In this document: positions 52,396-64,000 of the stretch, in pieces | Layout: each line of letters starts with the position of its first letter | Numbering within the stretch: position 1 is the stretch's first letter | Source of the DNA: Lingula anatina | Taxonomy: Eukaryota; Animalia; Brachiopoda | Length of the DNA stretch: 64,000 nt | Reading direction: 5' to 3' | Assembly: GCA_051362555.1 (NCBI GenBank) | Contig: CM120641.1 | Span: 16,864,001 to 16,928,000 of the forward strand | The notes under the pieces: model-generated | Told to the model about the DNA's origin: nothing | Database searches by the model: none | What the model saw: the letters and a program-made list of their open reading frames with translations, nothing else | Made by a program: the position numbers and the translations under genes

Positions 52396-55300
52396 CTAAA
52401 GTCATACCAACAAAAATAAATTAATATTACTAAAGTAGCATCTATATGAAAAAATGACTGCATAAGTCATAATTATAAGTTTCAAAAGCCTTGGTCTACA
52501 GATTGTGTGAAAATTTTTGGGTGGACTCAATTTAAATCTTGTGTTAGTTCACTCAGCATTGTGCTAAGTTAAACACTCATAAAAATGTAAGGCAGAATAA
52601 ACAACTGCTGGCCAATTGTCTCAATTTTGCCTCAGAGAGTAGCTAGGATACAGATGTTTTCTTTTGGCTTGTTCATATGTACCATGTATACATTTTAAAG
52701 TGCAGATCGACTTGATAATGTTTGAGCTTGGGGTTTAAGCAATTTTCACATTTTAATAATATTCACTGATAATATTCATAAAGAAAGATAAAGACTGTCA
52801 GTAAAGAAATCACATAAAACAGATGTCAGACACTCTGAATGCCCGACAATCGATTAAAATTCTTTACCCCATGGACTGAAATGTTGTTTCTTAAAACTTG
52901 ATTGCCAATGTAGCATTTTCCCCTTAAACGGAACTCAGCACTACTCTAACTGTGCTCTACTAAAAATCTGTAGTGCAATTTTTTATTGTACAAACTTGAA
53001 AAGAGAAGAATTAATGATCTTCAATAATGTACAACTTCCAGGAACTCCAAATGGTCACAAATCTCTGATTTAATTGCCCTCCTAAATAAATGGCAATTTA
53101 ATATTCTTAAACATAAAATAAATTTACTGCAATAAAAAATTAGGTAAATACAAAGAACATTTAAACAAATTCTGTAAAGAGCTTTTTTTTTTCAACAATC
53201 AATATTGAAAAGTCAATATCCCTTTTTGCAAATTTCATTTTTCAATGAAGCAATATAAATGACAACTAAATGGCTTTGATACTAAATAACGCTGTTCCTA
53301 AGCAGCAGGTGTTTGGTGAAGTTCGCTTCTTGAATTAGTTGTTTTTAAGTTTGTTGATCAGAAAATGACCCTTAACACAGCCTCAAATTAAGTCTTTCTT
53401 TATAATTTCTAATCCAAACAACACCTCCCCACTGCACCTGTGGCAAAGCATTCACGTCAGGTACAAGTGGACCAGGGTTCATATGGCGGAGCGCGATGCA
53501 CTCACAACACGAGAAAGTTGCTTTAAATCAAAGGTTATAATAGTTCATATTTATGAAGTAAACACAGAGCAAAGTTTGTTGAAATGTACAACATTACAGC
53601 ACTGTCAGGAGCCCTAGATTATGTCAGTGCTACGTACACAATTCTGACCAATAACTCTGAACTCTACTCCTGTCACATCAAATCTGTTTTTACACAAAAT
53701 GGTGACAAAAAGATAAAGTGTTTATCATAAAGATCCAAAGGAAATATTATCAATAATGCTGCATTATTTTATTATTTTGATAGCTAAGATAACAGAGCAT
53801 TCTTCAATGCTATGTTATTTAATGCCTTAAATGTTAGTTGGGAAAGTTTTTATTTGAACAGTTAACAAAAATAGAAAATGTTTATTCATAATTTCAAAAA
53901 TGTTTATCTTTTGGATTCCACACAAATGTCTTAGTGACAAAAAATACATGGATGTGATACAGTAGTTTTGTGGGAGAAAGTCTTACAATTTTCAGATGAG
54001 CCCTCTTAAGTTAACTACAACTTCTACCTTTTTAATCTGTAGCTACTCCTGTCATTTTTCTCATCAAAACATGGAGGAAGGTTGACAAGTTAAGTGATCT
54101 TTTCTTTAAAATAACACATTATAAGCACTGGAAAGACCAATTTCTTTACGTTTGTGCCGTCTTTGAAATTTAAAGAATTCTTACAGAAAGATCACCTTTG
54201 ACAACCTGAAACACCATTAACCTTCTATCAAGGTTTTTTATATCCCACAAAACATTGTAGCCTTCCAAGATGACAAAAAAGTTATAGTAAAACAACACAA
54301 ACAACTACAGTCTGATCCTGTAAATAAAAGAAAATAAGAATAAATCCAGTTTCCAACAATTTACAAAAATAAAAAATTATAACAAGTGATAAGACTTCTT
54401 ACCTGTCATACATGCCTGGCTCAAAGGAGGTGAAAGGCCGACTACTTGGCATTCTGTATGTTACAGAAAACTTTTCCAAACCTCAATCTCAGTCTAGTTT
54501 ATGTCTAGCAATCACTTATGGATGCCAAGCAAGAAAAAAACTAAGATTTCTGGTTTCAGAGGTGAGTACAGAATAAATCTGTGCCCAGTGGTTTTCCTCC
54601 GGATGGTCAAGTAGAAATGAGTAGGCAGCCAAACACAGCTTGTTGTTAAGCGGACTGTGGCGTGCTAGTGCTCCCCTGTTGATCTAGACACCTATCTCAC
54701 ATTAAGACCCTTAAGTCTGAATAACTAAATGAACGGGCCAATGTCAGACGCTGAATACACTCTGTTGTGTACACAAAAAGAGCTCATTATGACCAATCAC
54801 ATCAGCCACTCAGGTGCGAGCTAGAAATGTCAATAAAACTCAATAGCAGGCTTTACACCCCATTATAAAGCATTGCCAAACCAAATAGTACCTTTAGTCA
54901 AAATCATTCGAGCAAGATTTATTAGAGCATATCAACATTAAAAGGAATCAAATTTGAGCCTTCCGACAAAATATTGTTGATAATTTACAGATAAAACACA
55001 ATATGCCACAATGTAAATGTTCTGTTGTGGCCCTTGGATACTGGATCTTGGAGTTTCACATGAGAGAGAATCAAATTTTCTCATTAGTTGCCAAGACGTG
55101 TTGTGAAGGTCACCAAGTCAGATAATGAGATCCCAATATCAAAGATATGAAGTGGGATAATCAATGCATAAATCAGGCATCATGAATAACAAATCAGAAA
55201 GTAATTACCCAGGTGTTCCAGTAATCCATATTATCAGACTTGATCGGAGTACATGGGAATTACCATGGCTAGCTTACGTTTATGTAAATAGCAACAATCA

Positions 55301-56224
55301 GCTTCTAAAATATGTCAATGAAATCATCTAAAAATATTTCCAGTTCACTATCTTAATCACTTTAGAGAGGAGATATATCCTAGAGTAAATATATTTCAAA
55401 AGTGAATGTTTTGGATTGTTAATATAAATTACTTCATCGTATAATACCTAACCTCAACAATTATGATAAAATATTTTTTTCTTTTTTGGCTTTTGGAAAT
55501 TTTCTGGAAAACAATTTTTTTTTCAAAAAATCAGAAATCCAAATGACTTTTAATAAGGGAAGTATCTATGGGAAAAAATTCAAAATATAGATGTTAAAAT
55601 AAATAACATCCCATTTTGCAATATTCTCGATAAAGTAGATACCTTAATATAGAAATGATTAATATTTATTGACAGACATATCATAAATCTTTTTTGATAT
55701 ATTTGGGAGGATATGAAAGATAATTATACAAGCATTATCAATCTTACAATTTTGATCATGTTAAGTGGTCAATTATACTGTATGTATGAAAAATATATGC
55801 CCCTCCCCCCCCCCTCCAAAAATGTTTGTCAAAAATCAACTCAAACTAATTTATTTTGATAGCAACATCATCAATGAAACTGAGAAGATTGATATGATAT
55901 TTATTCACTAATGGCAGACACAACAAAAGTTCAAGGAAACTTAAAGCAAGGGACATCTGCCTCTTGCAGTATTATAATTGGTCACTCAATTAATTATGAA
56001 CTATAAAACTTCCATGTTTTACATCAAGTTTTCAGTAGAAAAGAGACTGACAAAAAGTGGTTCCATCTTGGTTCTAAATCTATAAGCATGGCTCAGTATT
56101 TTCAATGATGGTCCACTAAAAGGACACTGTCATAGAATAAGGAAAAAAACTGCTTCATCACAGGACAGTCAATTTTTTCAAACCATCTAGGTTTTAGTCA
56201 ATGTATTTCTCGCTATGGTTTCAC

Positions 56225-60454
<4,230 letters not shown>

Positions 60455-60495
60455 CTACGGTTAGAGAATACAATGAAAACACACATGCACTGCTA

Positions 60496-60513
60496 AAGAT
60501 GGCCACTTCCGGA
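60496..60513. promoter_or_regulatory. PSMA6 core promoter: adjacent YY1-like (AAGATGGC) and ETS (ACTTCCGG) motifs
   Basis: AAGATGGCCACTTCCGGA lies 45-60 nt upstream of the ATG; typical of housekeeping promoters. Confidence 0.6.
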
Positions 60514-61401
60514 ATGTAGCGTTATGGGTAATATATATGGAAAGCGCAGGAATCTGAATGAGGAATCTTCGATAAATATTTATGTGACGTTATCGGTGGA
60601 AATGTCCAGTAGAATTTTAACGCAAGATATTATTCTTCTCACCAAACAATGACTTTAAAATAATGACTTTATGAACATTTAAGACCAAAAATAAAAGATC
60701 CTGAAAGGCTTATTTTCTCTTGGTAACTACTTCCGCTGTTGCACATAAATTATGTGGCACATGGCGGTAAACAAACTAGCCACCGACCTGAGCGACGCTT
60801 TATTATGTGAACAGGATAATATATTGTGATTTTAATAAAAAAAAGATGAAGTGGGTTGAAATATGGTGAGTAGTAAGGAATTCCATATTTACATATCAGT
60901 GGGGAAAGGGGGGGGGGGGGTGCAGGGTGATGAGCGCCCCCCTCCCTGCGATCTGTGATTTGCACCCATTAGGCTCACAACTGCTGTCTTACTACAATAC
61001 ATTGTGAATTACAAAGGCAACACATTGTTGTATTGACTATTGCCTAAGGGGAACATTATGCAATTAAATAGTATTATTTACTTGCAGAAGTCCAAAATAA
61101 TCTTTACTGATGACACTTTTTTTTTTTTGATGGGGGGGGGGGGGGGGGGGGGGGGGGACATGATATTTGGGACCTTGCCATCTTAGGATGCTGTTTATTT
61201 CCCCCCATCCCTTTATAATATGATAAATATAAGCTGTTTTACACTAATAGACAATTTCGATAATTTTTCAGATTAGAAAAAATAAAAATGAAAAAAAGTG
61301 TTCAGTTGTTGTTTTAGTGGCTTATGCTAACATTACCTTGTTTGTGTCAAAGTGTCATCACTGGGGGAGAAATATGCTAGGTATAAATGGTCTTTCAAAT
61401 A

Positions 61402-61661
61402 AGGCTTCGTTCACATGGAATGTCTATTTTCTAAAAATCTTTTTTCTATTCGCGCTATCTTATGATCACGGTCTGTGCCCTGAATATCCCGCCGCGTAAT
61501 TACTGGCAGCGCGAGCCAGTTACTTATAGTAACTTATAGTAACTGGCTCGCGCTGCTAGTAATTACGCCGCAGGACATTGAGGGCACAGACCATGATCAT
61601 AAGACATACTGCGAATAGAAAATAGAATTTAGAAAATAGACATTGGATGTGAATGAAGCCT
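61402..61661. mobile_element. Fully palindromic Harbinger-like MITE
   Basis: AGGCTTCGTTCACAT...GCGAGCCAGTTAC / GTAACTGGCTCGC...ATGTGAATGAAGCCT, with arms of ~125 bp. Confidence 0.88.
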
Positions 61662-61720
61662 TAGTCTCAACTGTATGTTATGTTTAAAAATGCCAACATA
61701 TAGTTTCAGTAGTATAACTT

Positions 61721-61977
61721 ATAGGCCATTCACATTAGAAAGTTAACAGACCATTTTATTCTTGGTGGTTCCTGCTAATTTACATTGTACCTCACTCTCC
61801 AACCATATGGCGAGGAGGCCCTTGACGGCATCCTCAGACCATGATACTCTTTTGCTGCTACTCATAGTACTCAAATATGTGGGAGCATTTCTTGCGAACG
61901 AGATCAGTTGATTAATTGCCCACTTGTGCCCACTTCGGCCTTGACCGCGGTCGAAAGTGCTAGTGTGAATGGCCTAT
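61721..61977. mobile_element. MITE
   Basis: TIR ATAGGCCATTCACATTAG / CTAGTGTGAATGGCCTAT. Confidence 0.75.
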
Positions 61978-62613
61978 TAGAGAATACCAATTAAAGGACA
62001 TTATTTCATACTTCCCCAAAAAATTAATATTTCTGCTTTCTTTCTGTGCTATATATTTCCTGCAGCAGTCTCATTTGAATAATTAACTTCACCCGAATCT
62101 ACATCCATACACTGGAGTGAGAGTGATTGTTAGGCAATGCGTCAGTTATGGGACTTTTATGAATTGGAGGGACAGATAATCAGAGAAAAAATCCGACCAG
62201 AAATTTGAAGTTGCAGTTTTAAAGCTATAGTATGGCAGAATGAGGTTTAACACTTGGCATGTCAACTTAATTTAAGTTGTATAAGAAACTAATAGAAGTG
62301 GTTTATATACATTACTGGGAATCCATTCTCTCTGTATATATAACTTTGAAGGGGAAAGTTAATAAGGTTAATGTTGTTGAATTTAAATTATTGTCACTGT
62401 TAATTTCTTTCTTTTTTGGTTAACTTTATTAAAAGATAAAAGTTAAATGGAGATCAAACAAGATAGCCCAAAGTCAAGCACGATTTCCCTGGATCTGGAG
62501 GAGAGAGTACAGAAATTAAGGCAGACTAGCAAGAGGGTCCCATTGGGGGGGGGGGGGGGATAGTATCACAGTTCGGGGAAATAAGATCAATTCACAAATT
62601 ACTGTAAAAAACT

Positions 62614-62968
62614 CAGACATGCTGAAAACTTTTCAGAATGGCCAGACATTTGGACCGGCAGTAATAGATTTTGCCGAATGGATTTTTGTCGGACCGAAAA
62701 TCACCCTATTTGTTTGATACAGATACTACCGATATGATTAGGGTAGCTTACTTTGTTTGTGAATGTGATAGGTTTGAAATGGAAGGGAAAAACACTTTGG
62801 GTTTTATATAATTTTATTAGTGAAGTATGTCGAATGATGACTGTAAATTCAAAATTGCTGCTCTTAAAACTCTTGTCGGTCCTTTGGACCGAACAAGTTC
62901 AATTTTTTACAGGTCCAGACAAATTTTCCCGGTCATGACTGATCGGACCAACAGTTTCAGCATGTCTG
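62614..62968. mobile_element. Non-autonomous DNA transposon with apparent 6-bp TSD
   Basis: TIR CAGACATGCTGAAA / TTTCAGCATGTCTG with AAAACT on both flanks and subterminal GGACC repeats. Confidence 0.75.
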
Positions 62969-63500
62969 AAAACTCACTTAATATCTCATTGAAAATACAG
63001 GAAATAGCAGTTGAAAATCACTGTCACAGAGTATATTAATGACTTCATTTCACAAATGACGAAGAGTTACGGGTACATAGTTCTATACAGATAATGTTAA
63101 ATGATGTGTGTTTCACGCCTTCTTGGGAAATGGAGAGTAGCTTTCACAGGTTAACAAAATACCCAATGGAACCCCCTAGCAAGTGCAGTATGGTAACAAA
63201 TAAAAGCATTTACCATTGGGTATCTTTCTGGTTGTGCTTTTCTCTGATGTTTTGTAGAATCAGTCTATTGCACAATATGCATTCACCATTTTGTGTTGCT
63301 TTCTATGAAAACCCCCTGTTCATAGGGTTTCTCCATTATTGATAAATAGTGAACGCTACATCGCATGGATTCTCAGTTTTTTTAATTGCTAAAAACATCA
63401 AGCAGTATTGACAGTTTCATATCAAAAAACCTTGGATGATCCTCATAATAATATTCAAATTTCTTTTTTATAATGTCAGAAAAATTTTATTTAAGATGTA

Positions 63501-63668
63501 CAGGGGCGGATTCAGGCCGTCTTCTGGGTCTTCTGGAAGACGGTCAGATTTTCAAGTTTATATTGACGGGTATTTAATTTTTTCTGTCGGAAGACGGTCA
63601 AAAGTTAAGGATGGATCAACAAAGAAAATTTGGAAGACCGTCAGAATATATCTTTGGATCCGCCCCTG
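63501..63668 (-). mobile_element. MITE family B copy (5-bp TSD ATGTA)
   Basis: Homologous to the copies at 41388 and 35938; ATGTA on both sides. Confidence 0.9.
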
Positions 63669-64000
63669 ATGTATGTTGTGTTTTTAGGTTAAAGGTTTTT
63701 CCATTTGAATATGAAATATTTTATGCACCTATTTACTTCAGAAATGAGAGGTTGTTTCAGTTTAATGCTATATGCCTATTACTTAATAGTAAGATGGTAG
63801 ATATTAATAATACAATACAATACTGTATATGCAATAGTCTGTATAATATGTATATAATGCAATATGATATTGGCAGAAATGCTGCAGGCAGTATCATGAT
63901 TTATTCCTTGTAATCATTATGTCCCAGATACCTGTGTATTTTGCCTCTAAGACAACAGGTGTGATTAAGAATATAATACTAGTAAGCCTGACAGAGTGAG

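Overview
This is AT-rich, intron-containing animal genomic DNA; a lophotrochozoan or mollusc-like invertebrate is my inference. It is not prokaryotic, and I found no rRNA, tRNA or CRISPR. Manual splice reconstruction supports the last exon of an upstream gene plus eight multi-exon genes: a Rhes/Dexras-type GTPase (+), a CNBD2-like double cyclic-nucleotide-binding protein (-), a C22orf15/CXorf65-like gene absent from the ORF track (+), a CCDC14-like gene (-) head-to-head with NT5C3 (+), a secreted VWA + C-type-lectin protein (-), an unrecognised protein of about 185+ aa (-), and PSMA6 (-). Introns and intergenic DNA hold many non-autonomous DNA transposons/MITEs with distinct TIR/TSD signatures (Harbinger-like, hAT 8-bp, 5-bp, 6-bp, Mutator-like 9-bp), some nested. 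The most notable oddities are decayed tandem echoes of PSMA6 exon 3 in the next intron, an apparent GT-CG intron in the VWA-lectin gene, a GC-AG intron in NT5C3, a core motif shared by different MITE families, a perfect 29-bp hairpin, and a group of probable cilia/sperm genes. I cannot demonstrate a wholly new biological system from sequence alone.
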